Below are positions 34,801-40,785 of a stretch of 64,000 nucleotides of DNA, in pieces. Source of the stretch: an uncultured Methanosarcinales archaeon (GTDB lineage: Archaea; Nanobdellota; Nanobdellia; Woesearchaeales; DATDXC01); contig CAZDZV010000004.1 of the NCBI GenBank assembly GCA_964510025.1, forward strand, positions 64,611-128,610. The letters are read 5' to 3'. A program made the translations under genes and the position numbers. Each line of letters starts with the position of its first letter. Positions within the stretch are counted from its first letter, which is position 1. A model generated the notes under the pieces. That model made no database searches and had not been told where the DNA came from. It worked only from the letters and a program-made list of their open reading frames with translations.

Positions 34801-35373
34801 TAATACCGAACTCAGTGGCTTGTTCAGCTGCAGATTGTTATCATCTGAACCTATCCTGACAAATCCCACATATTCTCCTTGTATGCACTCACCCGCAGTG
34901 CATCCAAACTGGCAGGGCGTGCATCCTTTTGCGCCGCCTGAAGCCATGCATCGGCCGTTTAAGCAGGAATAGTATGTGCTTGTGAAGCATGCATCTGAGC
35001 CGTTGCAGTACATCTCTTCCTCTGATGCGCAATCTCCGTTCACTGTGCATTCATGCCCGATGCAAAAAGAAGCGTTCGCTGCCCATTCATTGTTCCAGCA
35101 GCAGTATCCTGAAGCATATGAGCTGTTTCCGCATATGCATTCCTCACCGATCTGAGCATCGGACTCGCATATGGGGATGGGCTCTTCATCGGACCAGTTG
35201 TGGATTGTCTCCAGCAGGTCCGGACGTCCGATCTCGCCGTTGGAATACTTTTGGATTTTTTCAAACAGGCTATTAAGCCTGGGGAACCTCAGAGCTGTCG
35301 CTACAGATCCAATTGTCAGCAAGACAAATATCACCAAGAAGAATATTCTGTATATATTTTTTCTGTCATTCAT
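19825..35373 (-). CDS. Giant (5182 aa) secreted surface protein: S-layer-like region, right-handed beta-helix, CARDB repeats, I9 propeptide + S8 subtilase, FG-GAP/VCBS propeller, C25 propeptide + C25 cysteine protease
   Basis: Signal peptide; S8 motifs IIDTG, HGHGTHCAG, SGTSMAAPHVAG; C25 motifs LLLVGD, VGRFP, VNYRGHG, FSIAC; many 'PDL...N.G...E..NN' CARDB repeats. Confidence 0.93.
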   Translation of the reverse strand: MNDRKNIYRIFFLVIFVLLTIGSVATALRFPRLNSLFEKIQKYSNGEIGRPDLLETIHNWSDEEPIPICESDAQIGEECICGNSSYASGYCCWNNEWAANASFCIGHECTVNGDCASEEEMYCNGSDACFTSTYYSCLNGRCMASGGAKGCTPCQFGCTAGECIQGEYVGFVRIGSDDNNLQLNKPLSSVLASVGTLSILDDKLVSNKHGEFPYTQSIENPEARIVYHLDEQNEEATWYLRFEENEAVYSYNLSFLEPLVTDLDQAGRMEDLKKISMLGKNFDVMDSSWDSITLISGKIRADIAEGSVQSYKLDGRIYEIEMLHVGDNASFLVNGEPIYLEKNGIYRLADGIYVGLGDITDDRAIILLDSQKVRIIDYDYNEINSGYLEVNEERIPSVHADIVAYYQDERLAISAIGISWTAEKDYYVAMGGKLSEYLEGTNKSKLLLGKIDYYFRNLNIDEAEWVQLMKQDDRYDLRLPLAEGEISFSAFYESNGTINLGADENSRIVKGNTPVREHDYFIATRNKSSHLVEVKDVSERTGMTQVSLQPIGGASFRIENTTGATTDFYLGGHRYSFAANTGDKTITILDHGSESLYTKQGLKVAIDDMGGIGMITLEDPDAVNSTVIFNDGITLTEPTSYSEAFTLYPYFQGLAGYTERGTKVIYLNDELIVEHPYSETTADVYIMEQGASIQTDCQDTDGRNYSVRGSTFAKKFRDFTGEIQASEDIVEFEEWCCVHCLTAPSAEGPYLHERWCEDDIAEFEFYKCPYGCSDGACLPRPESYISVTGCRALNQTNTTYVLDADIFSSGDCIAIVADNIIFDGNGYVIQGNGSGSGVRTSFALDGFTIRNTEIYGYEEGISVHGYNYALEHNQVFDCNYGIKAWGRSAQIAGNTLMYNSLGISSNMDMGVVAGNNAESNENGIHVSGSSNQVIDNTIIGNAINGLILSGTMHEVFGNFICENEQMDYLCDNATGINFTSNACTGIEPCENEECSFSCISSPTVRIVQLNVSKKRALTNEAVNITAVVKNIGAAECYEYTYDLSYGDMTGLESYERSLQPGEEDNIASEKRYEVEGEYTVSLTTYCSGKIHDTSTANITVGKAEPSASISLATLRDIYNVGEHIQLTDPPEQAGNKLVQTKQDKIRKIIDGKAYVYSEYHSGAAEQGGYVIELSEKPLLAKINEQRKIIEDLRKISTSMANAKQAEMDGAVAEQKRKLEAQHSQVKQEIISRISPSGILSDDVFVDEYTISFNGLYLDIPDEEAAKLTDVDGVNAVYPNEWFNITLSQSVPMIGAQYFWSLDKHGNNCHQSGEECLTGEGISIGIIDTGIDYTHPDLGNCSIPLPEPSETCFEPTDLNISTCRDDDGGINYCHKGIVHFPDHSAWDYCVGNTLIERTCDSDGSLKEEEYVCPEQCAAGACVKYVDINELECDKMLGGYDFVNNDPNPMDDHGHGTHCAGIAAGSGILKGVAPDAKLYALKALSERGGYTDDILAAIEYAMDPNGDGSFEDHVDILSMSFGGRGDSRHPDDILSKAVDTIVDFGIVAAVSAGNIGPFPQTIGSPGTSRNAITVAASDKYDSLADFSSRGPVRWAIPNDKLISKPDIAAPGVEICAAQWDDAWDEHQCLDKEHTSISGTSMAAPHVAGAVALLKQARPELNPIEIKALLKYMAQDIGYQQHEQGAGRLNLSLAYLENPPLYVQLELDKTTVSSYEIIPTIIENDHESMQGYEISYREEGEAGWHYITSNGILGRNYSLDTAALAGGTYIIRLSATGSSGRIVYDEIPIEVKSFVIYDPYDHSNFASDPIVYRNGDIIEIKGEVARLDKNFRLSGPWLSCQSNWTLSGALTGNAEGVIALLYTNITDIESFCEMRIDYFNNDTLLESQSLNILLDPSLEPGWPRRFRTHWDEISTLPVIADLDRDGISEIVYATDKQANGDQAVLYMMDTDGVNKHAPLTLPVSHVGKISIADIDADGEDEIIFRGYRGGWHGPIFVVEPDNRIKQGWPKYYDYLDFDFDIAVYDINNDGSYEMATMDIGRDGCPVTLLDSNGNEMPGWPQAVDPSGGGGSTELSHVSFANMDEDSDKEIIFKQGVDMGYEKYIGIYVFDVDGTMLEGWPQYVESEDGMTHHVVNDIDTDGLPEIIFFATYYDGQFHNTVYIFGSDGKRLAQRSVDRSIGGLVVQDTDGDGLSEIITTDIYRSISVYDKDLNLLQTVASDPNYQPLTFHSGDDLHVAVQNEDNAAIYRFMERLQPVDRKPMQFWSRENPTLGNTEKGVVLVTTSDTPIPGELKDYAKQGKTSPRIDVYMWKLDGSIENEDWPTYNYDNMRSGCYMCEASFRPQSKIVNTGFVDVEGKLTMELQRYLDDGWITEEVVAEKNVSLAGGELLKLDHEWNPENISVSDVGRYRALAEFDFGKMISAAWEFLVVRAQPEISLAPGSIKAVHEPGAIGKESFTISNKGGADLEYATTVTYSKMPIVSNVVQLQSWDYSLSETDGTSSVAKTQTAGLLSAVRNKQYGNFREITVDGDIEDWEGIDPILNDLEGNIRSIRIANDEEKLYILAELADFSEEFFFLYLDTDMDPWTGCAVKGIGMEYGLTYMSNGESYMGDARDCAWSDEYYMNSSREGIYMETELYIMGIEEISLAGSGFNGIADYYISEDRWLKLDPRSGVIHPGAGHYIDVSINTTGLAGFNYADINIYSNDPEAGKTVIPVELEVLGAGKPDLDLYSIVFDPLVAQLNKSVTIKAEMTNIGDAQCNGISYSIDYGDSTGFEGTQPIVLGAEQEHILSFEHKYQGLGNHKVNITAQCTDEESSYDNNNLAKQIDVIKIYSESEIAATLEKYVSSDTAAIIVGDQAAPSAIIGAVYIADGFRQKNPELQVDVVLASQLTSIRTSNIISLGDPCVNNFSSIFLECNAIEPGTGHIQVFDVDDQSYVVVAAKEDEDIVKTSKVVANASQYSLSRNCAKVKGDFNAPIVTGCLPLDGYLMISTTKQDYYTNEDIQLTGPGEITRVAEQQPPSYAELEVEIVEDGMEVRVDGIPAPKGQYQLLPYESYTSEIGKPQMPVIRKLIAIPPYSEIKVDVEKTDSRTYDGYTIYPFQRPESDSAGSPPFTIDSDFYSMDAVYPESNVKTETGIMRDYSVALLEIYPIQYNPMKRQLMASNLKLRISYERNEIAQAGFNPEKENKMLFGNMYRLLDNYEDRPGSLTDYRVANSVFAAADQDGLRNSANRADYVIITDETLWNEAKRFGDYKIDNGLEVQVINATAIYSEFGSGDSGIKAFLEYAYNSWELSPTYLLLVGDADKIPVHYYPGTFSADIASDYYYSLLDGNDTFPEIFVGRFPASDPDELALMLNKTMQYEQNPPEGMWRKNALMVAHPQSAPGKYQQCKEEICNGIMPGFDYTAIKVYPFEGGTKQDVIDAINNGVSIVNYRGHGGVEVWGNPYIDNSDVDSLRNGDKLPVVFSIACWNSKIDHSTDCIGERWMKNGAVAHLGASRPSATTYNHDFDKYLFRAIFEDNIYGFAEIFARGNIGLINQHGEDNFFAMGNVKMYMLLGDPSAMVFEPERPEHDIAVRGLALDGTIKLNSTVTVNVTIMNNGLNNESDIWVNFSINGELRSAAYIPFLASKAFEDIFFEFYFDEEGSLLEIQLSTVEGEELTANNYRHMTVAGAPIYFTGDIRDYGIDEDGDGLYDYLALDLGVRCNSEGYFTVEGELHRESFIGNADFKDFFKPGLYNITLLFDGYDIYTTRKNGPYDIARMGIRDGSWYYHDLQAYAYETGPYNYTEFQNTEGPDLEVGYYTIEFEPGKPYSGQSVTIRARINNNGDEDSGRFNITIHHTDGPYWKERTYIGEVQIENMGPKAEYNLEAEWIADKSGSIQIEADAYDEVKETLEINNIASKPIEVIKLKPSVIRNTGTEPIEGDLVVQIQRRNGSWQPYHTVHESRVILTGDSSLALQESWGGLSIPDNGSYRAHASLNDDEGNAVGTASGWMNDSYTFDVNRALPDLKVDGLNCSPLVREVNEPVMVGARVTNSGPLEAYNITVRFMRYAQGGIETIGEEKIDLLSSGSSADIAVSWYPPEEVNEISVLVDPDNRIQETNEGNNQVWNTFEIKTNVSDLYASIYCPPNAVVNEINHIPVNIRNWGHRTATNNNVTVYLLENFSWAAFKYNRTNIFHTTQGEYTIKGAKTADRKLLLQVSYDQVTEELMLYEHEIRKLGNGVYIASEHILDDYFYIFISPAKEQFIEVEDIEGSSYIIFNYSFKPTAMDHYVIYVKAETLSEKNMESNFDKGWIKAIMYGPDLSVNMQISGTPIVNQELTIEGHIHNRGFLDALNVTVSLWEIRHNRTFVDAKKIEVLPQYESTMINLTFTPTEEKFYSLELVANVSNEGDPSNNRVTWHFQPSYAGADIALYLNHVDSLIAGQPTNLTFYVSNQGTTRAEDIDVVFYDIIKNRLSLNSGRARDIVLSGKNYSFLAYTDYGNMQLNLTVGYDGMLENFLLFDKQIVELRDGTAIVVDNIFYDTAMILAGATTKQAIFHGDLELWEERQADFTIVPLEPGEHVFGIAAYMDGDRDYRNNYDHDRTVRVIEDGPDLDVFAYKYTSRYIVNNTYDMGVRVRNIGSQPAYNSTVAMRIAQPFAETDEQALLPLINPGEEKMLNFSYYAGELGSIAFQFLVNNSDDVDSRNNLDFSYIDVLPDQPDLNVWLSGEQMVFLDENNSIEIGLQNSGGRAAYDTVFELILDGVIIYSDSIGFLDTYDYRNMEIALNLSEGEHILTAVAETAEDFNPEDNMRTMDMTAVHGKYTLFSIKDPEGHYAGRYFSYGSELQYIDGPTSVKVPGIRADANIRNEAEQYYTSYVYQQALFKNSTDVRTKDYFDIDSGNIHFAFISATEQNLDFSRMHFFFSLYDHSLYQGIERPALVCCEDWDFELEKCSTQWRYPDDYWFEYNEEAFFGQANLERCEAFGVAEGYEPPFEPLREVFGMAVNNFQGPVHAEIVDQSGNLIKELARIDENNEYHRYPDDNRPENTIQGTMRIYAQNMVDAGVQDVTIETEHGTITAYLPPEEGHYYITSEGSSYLAKAEGGFLPPSKAYAQEYLARAAPPACSEDDGGNDPYNAGTTSGENGEYKDYCHHSYGDTLTEYFCAGEKVESENVYCDNGCSAGACQEQEVFDIGLFFRNLFGFFR

Positions 35374-35377
35374 TTTA

Positions 35378-35527
35378 TCACCTTAGCATCTCCTTTAGGT
35401 TTTTCTTAATGTCCAGTTTGATGATCCTGCTCAGCTCATCCGCTACCTTGACATTCTTTATCTTGCAGAATGCGACAAACCTTCTCCACACTTCCTCGTC
35501 CATGTCTTTTATGAGCTTGTTGGCCAT
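35378..35527 (-). CDS. Small ribbon-helix-helix-like protein (49 aa, MANKLIKDMDEEVWRRFVAFCKIKNVKVADELSRII...); not in ORF track
   Basis: Translated by hand; beta-alpha-alpha pattern; its stop lies within the AGGTGAT SD of the giant gene. Confidence 0.7.
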   Translation of the reverse strand: MANKLIKDMDEEVWRRFVAFCKIKNVKVADELSRIIKLDIKKNLKEMLR

Positions 35528-35660
35528 TGGTTTAACTTTATTATCTATATAATCTATATTAACTAACTTAACAAGTTTAACTATTTAAAGCTTTTGTTTT
35601 GCTATATAGAAGTAAACACAAATTTTTATATAGTCCACGCCGCACCGCTCTCCTGTAGCG

Positions 35661-36734
35661 ATGATATCCCATAAAAAATACATGGAAGAAGCCATAAAGC
35701 TTGCAGAAAGGGGAAAGGGCAATGTAAGCCCAAATCCGCTTGTAGGCTCCATAATAGTGAAACGGGGTTCTGTAGTAGGCAAGGGCTATCATAAGAGGTG
35801 CGGGTGCGACCATGCTGAGATAATGGCCCTCAAAGAAGCTGCTCATAAGGCAAGGGGATCTACATTATATGTCACCCTGGAGCCCTGCTCGCATTGGGGC
35901 AAAACTCCTCCCTGCACCCAGAATATAGTTGATGCAGGTGTAAGGGAAGTGGTGATAGGCATGAAGGATCCCAATCCTAAGGTAAACGGTTATCTTGAGC
36001 TTAAGCAAAGGGGGATAAAGACGAAGATAGGCATCCTAGAGGATGAGTGCAAAAAGCTCAATGAGCCGTATGTTAAGTGGATCAAGAAAAAAAGGCCTTT
36101 TGTCGTCGTTAAGGCTGCAATGAGCCTTGACGGCAAGATAGCTACCAAGACAGGGGATTCAAAATATATAACAGGCAAGGAAGCCAGGAGGTTTGTGCAT
36201 CAGCTAAGGTCAGAGCTGGACGCTGTTATGGTGGGCTCAAAAACAGTCCTTAAGGATAATCCCCAGCTTACCGTTAGGCTTTCTAAAGGAAGAAATCCTG
36301 TGAAGGTAATCCTGGACAGCAGCTTCAAGACCCCGGTCAATGCTAAGGTTGTAAAAAACGAGCCGGAAAAGCTGATTATCGCCACGTCAAAAAAGGCAAG
36401 CAAATCCAAGATAAAAAAGTTCAGGCAAAAAGGCGTAAAGGTTGTGATAACAAACACAAAAAAAGGGAAGATAGACCTCGAGATACTGATGAAAGAGCTC
36501 GCCAGCCTGGAAATCTGCTCCATAATGATAGAGGGCGGTGCCGAGCTGAATTCTGAAGCTATCAAGTCAGGCATAGTGGACAAGGTGCTTTTCTTCATCT
36601 CTCCCGGTCTTATAGGGGCCGGCCTTGAGGCGATCGGGGATCTTGGGATTACAAAAGTTGACAAGAAGATAAGGCTGAAGCGTCTGGACTATAAGAAGAT
36701 AGGCAAGGACATACTTATAGAAGGATACCTATAA
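35661..36734 (+). CDS. ribD: Bifunctional riboflavin deaminase/reductase
   Basis: 'SPNPLVG', 'HAE', 'TLEPCSHWGKTPPC', 'AMSLDGKIAT', 'IEGGA'. Confidence 0.96.
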   Translation: MISHKKYMEEAIKLAERGKGNVSPNPLVGSIIVKRGSVVGKGYHKRCGCDHAEIMALKEAAHKARGSTLYVTLEPCSHWGKTPPCTQNIVDAGVREVVIGMKDPNPKVNGYLELKQRGIKTKIGILEDECKKLNEPYVKWIKKKRPFVVVKAAMSLDGKIATKTGDSKYITGKEARRFVHQLRSELDAVMVGSKTVLKDNPQLTVRLSKGRNPVKVILDSSFKTPVNAKVVKNEPEKLIIATSKKASKSKIKKFRQKGVKVVITNTKKGKIDLEILMKELASLEICSIMIEGGAELNSEAIKSGIVDKVLFFISPGLIGAGLEAIGDLGITKVDKKIRLKRLDYKKIGKDILIEGYL

Positions 36735-36772
36735 TCCATATATTTTTAAATAATCTCTTTTTCTTCTGTTTT

Positions 36773-37384
36773 ATGTTCGGAAAAATAGAAGATGCCCTAA
36801 GAAGGCTTCAGAGAGGGGATTTCATAGTCCTTGTTGATGATGAAAACAGGGAAAATGAAGGTGATCTGGTCATAGCTGCAGAAAAAGCGACCCCTTCAAA
36901 GCTAAACTACATGATAAAGTGGGCCAGAGGGATCATGTGCATACCTATGGAAGGAACACAGCTTGATCGTCTTGGTATACCCCTCATGGTTCCTGACAGC
37001 ACAGATAGGTTCAATACTCGCTTTACTGTGTCTGTCGATGCCAGAAACAATACCACCACTGGGGTGTCTGTTTATGACAGGATGGAAACAATAAGGATAC
37101 TCATAGGCAGGGATTCAAAACCAGAACAGCTTGCGATGCCAGGGCATATGTTTCCATTGAGAGCTTCAGAAAATGGCGTTCTGGAGCGGCCAGGCCATAC
37201 AGAAGCAGCTGTTGACCTATGCAGGCTGGCAGGCCTTTTTCCTGCGGCCATCATCGTAGAGATAATGAAAAACAATGGCGAGATGGCTAAGCTGGATGAG
37301 CTAAGATCGTTTTCTGATAAGCATAAGCTGTCTCTTTATGCCATAAAAGACCTGGTTTCCTACAGAAAAAAGAATAATGTCTAA
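36773..37384 (+). CDS. ribB: 3,4-dihydroxy-2-butanone-4-phosphate synthase
   Basis: 'DDENRENEGD', 'FTVSVDA', 'TTGVS', 'PGHMFPL', 'RPGHTEA'. Confidence 0.96.
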   Translation: MFGKIEDALRRLQRGDFIVLVDDENRENEGDLVIAAEKATPSKLNYMIKWARGIMCIPMEGTQLDRLGIPLMVPDSTDRFNTRFTVSVDARNNTTTGVSVYDRMETIRILIGRDSKPEQLAMPGHMFPLRASENGVLERPGHTEAAVDLCRLAGLFPAAIIVEIMKNNGEMAKLDELRSFSDKHKLSLYAIKDLVSYRKKNNV

Positions 37385-37457
37385 TATTAGACATAAATGT
37401 CTATTTTGTCTTTTTCTGGTCAATAACTTTATAAAGATTTCTTGTTTAATCCAGATC

Positions 37458-38624
37458 ATGACAAAACTCTGGCAGCAAAAAAAACTCAATAAGATTGTAG
37501 AAAAATTCACAGTGGGGAATGACTATCTGCTGGATGCAAAGCTCCTGAAATACGACTGCATTGCATCTATAGCCCACGCTAGGATGCTATGCAAGATAGG
37601 GATTGTAACAACAAAAGAATTTTCCAGACTAAAAAAGGCGCTTGATGATATAATAAAGCTTGATGAGAATGGCAAGTTCAAGATCAGCCCTTCTGATGAG
37701 GACAGCCACACAGCGATAGAGAACTACCTTACTAAAAAGCTCGGCAAGCTGGGCAAGAAGATCCATACTGCCCGAAGCAGGAATGATCAGGTTGTGGCTG
37801 CCATGAAGCTTTATGAAAAAGACGAGCTGTTCAGGATATTCAAGCTGGTTAACCAGCTTGTCTCAACACTCCAGAAGTTTTCCAAAGATATTGAGATTCC
37901 TGGCTACACCCATATGCGCAAAGCGATGCCTTCTTCTATCAGGCTCTGGGCCAGCAGCTTTATAGAAAGCCTGGAAGATGATTTTAAGCTTCTCGACAAC
38001 GCCCTGGATATAATTGACAAGAATCCTCTGGGAACTGCAGCTGGATATGGTGCCCCTCTCAAGGTGGATAAGGATGAGACTAAAAAGATCCTCAAGTTCA
38101 GGGATAACTACAAGAATCCCCTATATGTGCAGAACTCCCGCGGCAAGCACGAAGCCATTATACTCAATGTCCTGACGAACATAATGCTGACACTGAACAA
38201 GATGGCTTCTGACATCATATTGTTCTCTATGCCTGAGTTTGGGTTCTTCGCCCTTAAGGATGAGATAACTACAGGCAGCTCTATAATGCCTCAGAAAAAA
38301 AATCCAGATGCTCTTGAGCTGGTAAGGGCGAAATATTCAACAGTCCTGGGCTATGAGTTCCAGCTTAAGAATCTTGTGTCAAACCTCATCTCAGGATATA
38401 ACAGGGACCTGCAGCTGACCAAGGAGCCCTTGATCAGGGGCGTTGAGACGACCAAGGCGTGCCTGGAGATGATGGCTATAGTAATCAGGAACATGAAGAT
38501 AGACAGTAAGAGATGCGAAGAAGCTATGACTGAAGAGCTTTTCGCCACACAGAAGGTGTATGAACTTGTCTCCAAGGGCGTTTCCTTCAGAGAAGCCTAT
38601 AAGAAAGTCAAGGGGCAGCTATAG
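37458..38624 (+). CDS. argH: Argininosuccinate lyase
   Basis: 'KIHTARSRNDQ', 'PGYTHM', 'TGSSIMPQKKNPD', 'SGYNRDLQ'; start reassigned to ATG 37458 (MTKLW). Confidence 0.93.
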   Translation: MTKLWQQKKLNKIVEKFTVGNDYLLDAKLLKYDCIASIAHARMLCKIGIVTTKEFSRLKKALDDIIKLDENGKFKISPSDEDSHTAIENYLTKKLGKLGKKIHTARSRNDQVVAAMKLYEKDELFRIFKLVNQLVSTLQKFSKDIEIPGYTHMRKAMPSSIRLWASSFIESLEDDFKLLDNALDIIDKNPLGTAAGYGAPLKVDKDETKKILKFRDNYKNPLYVQNSRGKHEAIILNVLTNIMLTLNKMASDIILFSMPEFGFFALKDEITTGSSIMPQKKNPDALELVRAKYSTVLGYEFQLKNLVSNLISGYNRDLQLTKEPLIRGVETTKACLEMMAIVIRNMKIDSKRCEEAMTEELFATQKVYELVSKGVSFREAYKKVKGQL

Positions 38625-39380
38625 TCTGCCTATCAGGGAGCTCAGCCCGCTTGTGAAGAAATTGGATTTAACCCATACTGCTGTAGCCATGTCTGAGTTT
38701 GCATTCTCATCTGTCAGCATAAAAAGCAGATTGTCATCTGCAATGAAGAACCTGGCATCAAGCTCTTTCTGATTGTGCTTCTTGACATTGTATTTTCTTG
38801 CGGTCTTTTCGTTTATAGGTGCAAAAATAGTCATCTTTATGTTTCGGCTGTTTAGTGATTTAAGGACCGTTTTAATCACACCAAGATCCTTTGGGAAGCT
38901 TTTCTGTGATGTAGATATCACAACATTGGATTTTGCCTTGTTCAGCATATCTTTTATTGTGTGGTTAATTGCGCTTTTTCCTACAATTGACTTGGATACA
39001 TCGGTAGGATCAACATGTTCTATCCCTGTCTCATACAGCATCTCAAGCTCCCTGAAAACATCTGTCTCCTTTAGGCTGTTGAAGATGTTGATTGTCTTCT
39101 GGGAATCGTCTGTAAGGCTTTTTTTGACCCTTGACACTATCTCTTCTGGCTTTACCGCGATATATCTAATAGGCTTCCCTATCTTCATGATTATGAAGCC
39201 CTTCTTTTCAAGGCTCTCAAGCACATCATAGCATCTGCTTCTAGGCACCCCAGAAATATCTGCAAGCTCTCCTGCTGTCGCAATCCCCCTGCTTAAGAGT
39301 GCAGTCCAGATTTTCACTTCATATATGTTGAGCTTGAAATCGTTCTTTATTCTGGTCAAAAATTCCCTCTGCACTATCAT
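38619..39380 (-). CDS. TrmB-family transcriptional regulator
   Basis: 'LNIYEVKIWTALL...SGVPRSRCYDVLESLEKKGFI...KPIRY'. Confidence 0.92.
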   Translation of the reverse strand: MIVQREFLTRIKNDFKLNIYEVKIWTALLSRGIATAGELADISGVPRSRCYDVLESLEKKGFIIMKIGKPIRYIAVKPEEIVSRVKKSLTDDSQKTINIFNSLKETDVFRELEMLYETGIEHVDPTDVSKSIVGKSAINHTIKDMLNKAKSNVVISTSQKSFPKDLGVIKTVLKSLNSRNIKMTIFAPINEKTARKYNVKKHNQKELDARFFIADDNLLFMLTDENANSDMATAVWVKSNFFTSGLSSLIGRL

Positions 39381-39444
39381 GTTCAGAAAGAATGAATTAC
39401 TCCTATTTAAAGCTTTCTATTTTACACTACTCTAAAGTAGTATA

Positions 39445-40785
39445 TTATCTTAGCATCGTTACCGCTACTATTATGAATGAAAGTATAACCACGAAGGCTA
39501 TGGCACCGATGACAGTGGCTGTTCCGTATTCATCCCAGAAACCTGGATCAGAATATTGCTCATCAATAGGCACATAGATGGGTATCAGCTCTTCTTCTTC
39601 ATCTTCTTCATCTTCTGCCTCTTCTTCCTGCTCAGACACACAAGCTGCGATGTTCAGGTTTACAGATGCGCTTTCTTCTCCGTCCCCATAGTCTGCTGTT
39701 GCCAAGATAGGGTATAATCCTTCAGATGCATCCACTATGAGGTTAAACTTCCTCCTATATTTGCTGTCATCATCAAAAGGATCCTCATCCAGTTCAAAAT
39801 TGTCCCTGATATCGATGCCCAGGTCCGGATTGGATATGGTCAGCTCAACATCTTCATTTTCAGTGCCAAGGTTTATCAACGTAACATCCAAGGTGGACCC
39901 TCCCCTGCAGGCAACTGTCTCAGGATACAGTTCTATCTTTTCAAACATTATATCATGCCTGTCCTTCTCCACCTCAAGCTCATATTCTATGATCTTTTCA
40001 TACTCAACACCCTTCTCATCCTCTGCAGTTATTATCAGCTTTGCGCTGTAGTCATCCTCCTCAACCTCAAGCGGAATGTCAAAAGTTATCACCAGCTCTT
40101 CCTTGTCATCAGCGTCTATGCCTGACTCGTCTGACTCTTCCTCAATATCATCTCCATCGTCTATGCCTTCGATTATTATCTCAGCTGAGACATCCTCTAT
40201 CTCTATATCGACATCATCTGGATATAGGTTCTCCACCTCTACCTTGATCTCGATCTCAGATTCAGGCTCAACATCCTTTATCTTTCCGCCATCCTCGTCT
40301 GCGCTGCTTTTATCTCCATCAACGTATATCTTAACCTCTTCCACCCTTAGCATATCAGGTAATGTCCCGAATTCCCCGTATCTGAAGCCTATTACATCAT
40401 CATCTTCAGCGCAATAATGCCCTGAGAATGACTCAAGGTCTTTATTCCAGCAGTTGCCGCCGCTGAATCCCACAGGCATATACGCCCACTCCCCGTCGTT
40501 GATGATATAGAATCCCCAGTAATTTGATCCCCAGGCACACGATGTTCCTATTACATTGTCTCCTTTTCCCTCAATCTTGCATAACGCCCTGCCAAAAGCA
40601 CCTTCATCGCTCCATGTGAAATCAAGATCTGACTGCTCCAGAAGCTCAAATCCGCTTGTCCCTTCCGCAACATTTAAGCAGTCACCTTCTGCCTTATCGT
40701 CCTCCATCTGAACGACTATGCATACTTCAGCAGCGCTAACCGCCGCTATACACAATAAACCAATCAAAAAGACTATACTTTTCAT
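39445..40785 (-). CDS. Membrane-anchored surface protein: DUF4430/transcobalamin-C-like N-domain, S-layer-type Ig-like stalk, C-terminal TM; putative B12-binding protein
   Basis: Signal peptide; 'GTSGFELL...FGRALCKIEG...YWGFYI...WAYMPVG...DDDVIGFRY' pattern; acidic Ig-like repeats; C-terminal TM; ATGA coupling to the S-component. Confidence 0.75.
   Translation of the reverse strand: MKSIVFLIGLLCIAAVSAAEVCIVVQMEDDKAEGDCLNVAEGTSGFELLEQSDLDFTWSDEGAFGRALCKIEGKGDNVIGTSCAWGSNYWGFYIINDGEWAYMPVGFSGGNCWNKDLESFSGHYCAEDDDVIGFRYGEFGTLPDMLRVEEVKIYVDGDKSSADEDGGKIKDVEPESEIEIKVEVENLYPDDVDIEIEDVSAEIIIEGIDDGDDIEEESDESGIDADDKEELVITFDIPLEVEEDDYSAKLIITAEDEKGVEYEKIIEYELEVEKDRHDIMFEKIELYPETVACRGGSTLDVTLINLGTENEDVELTISNPDLGIDIRDNFELDEDPFDDDSKYRRKFNLIVDASEGLYPILATADYGDGEESASVNLNIAACVSEQEEEAEDEEDEEEELIPIYVPIDEQYSDPGFWDEYGTATVIGAIAFVVILSFIIVAVTMLR

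Noticed and set aside
35590..35660. FMN riboswitch upstream of ribD (also checked upstream of ribB)
   Set aside because: Intergenic regions are too short and lack FMN aptamer motifs
39590..39630. TCTTC-like tandem repeat
   Set aside because: Encodes the acidic Glu/Asp linker of the surface protein; not a DNA repeat element
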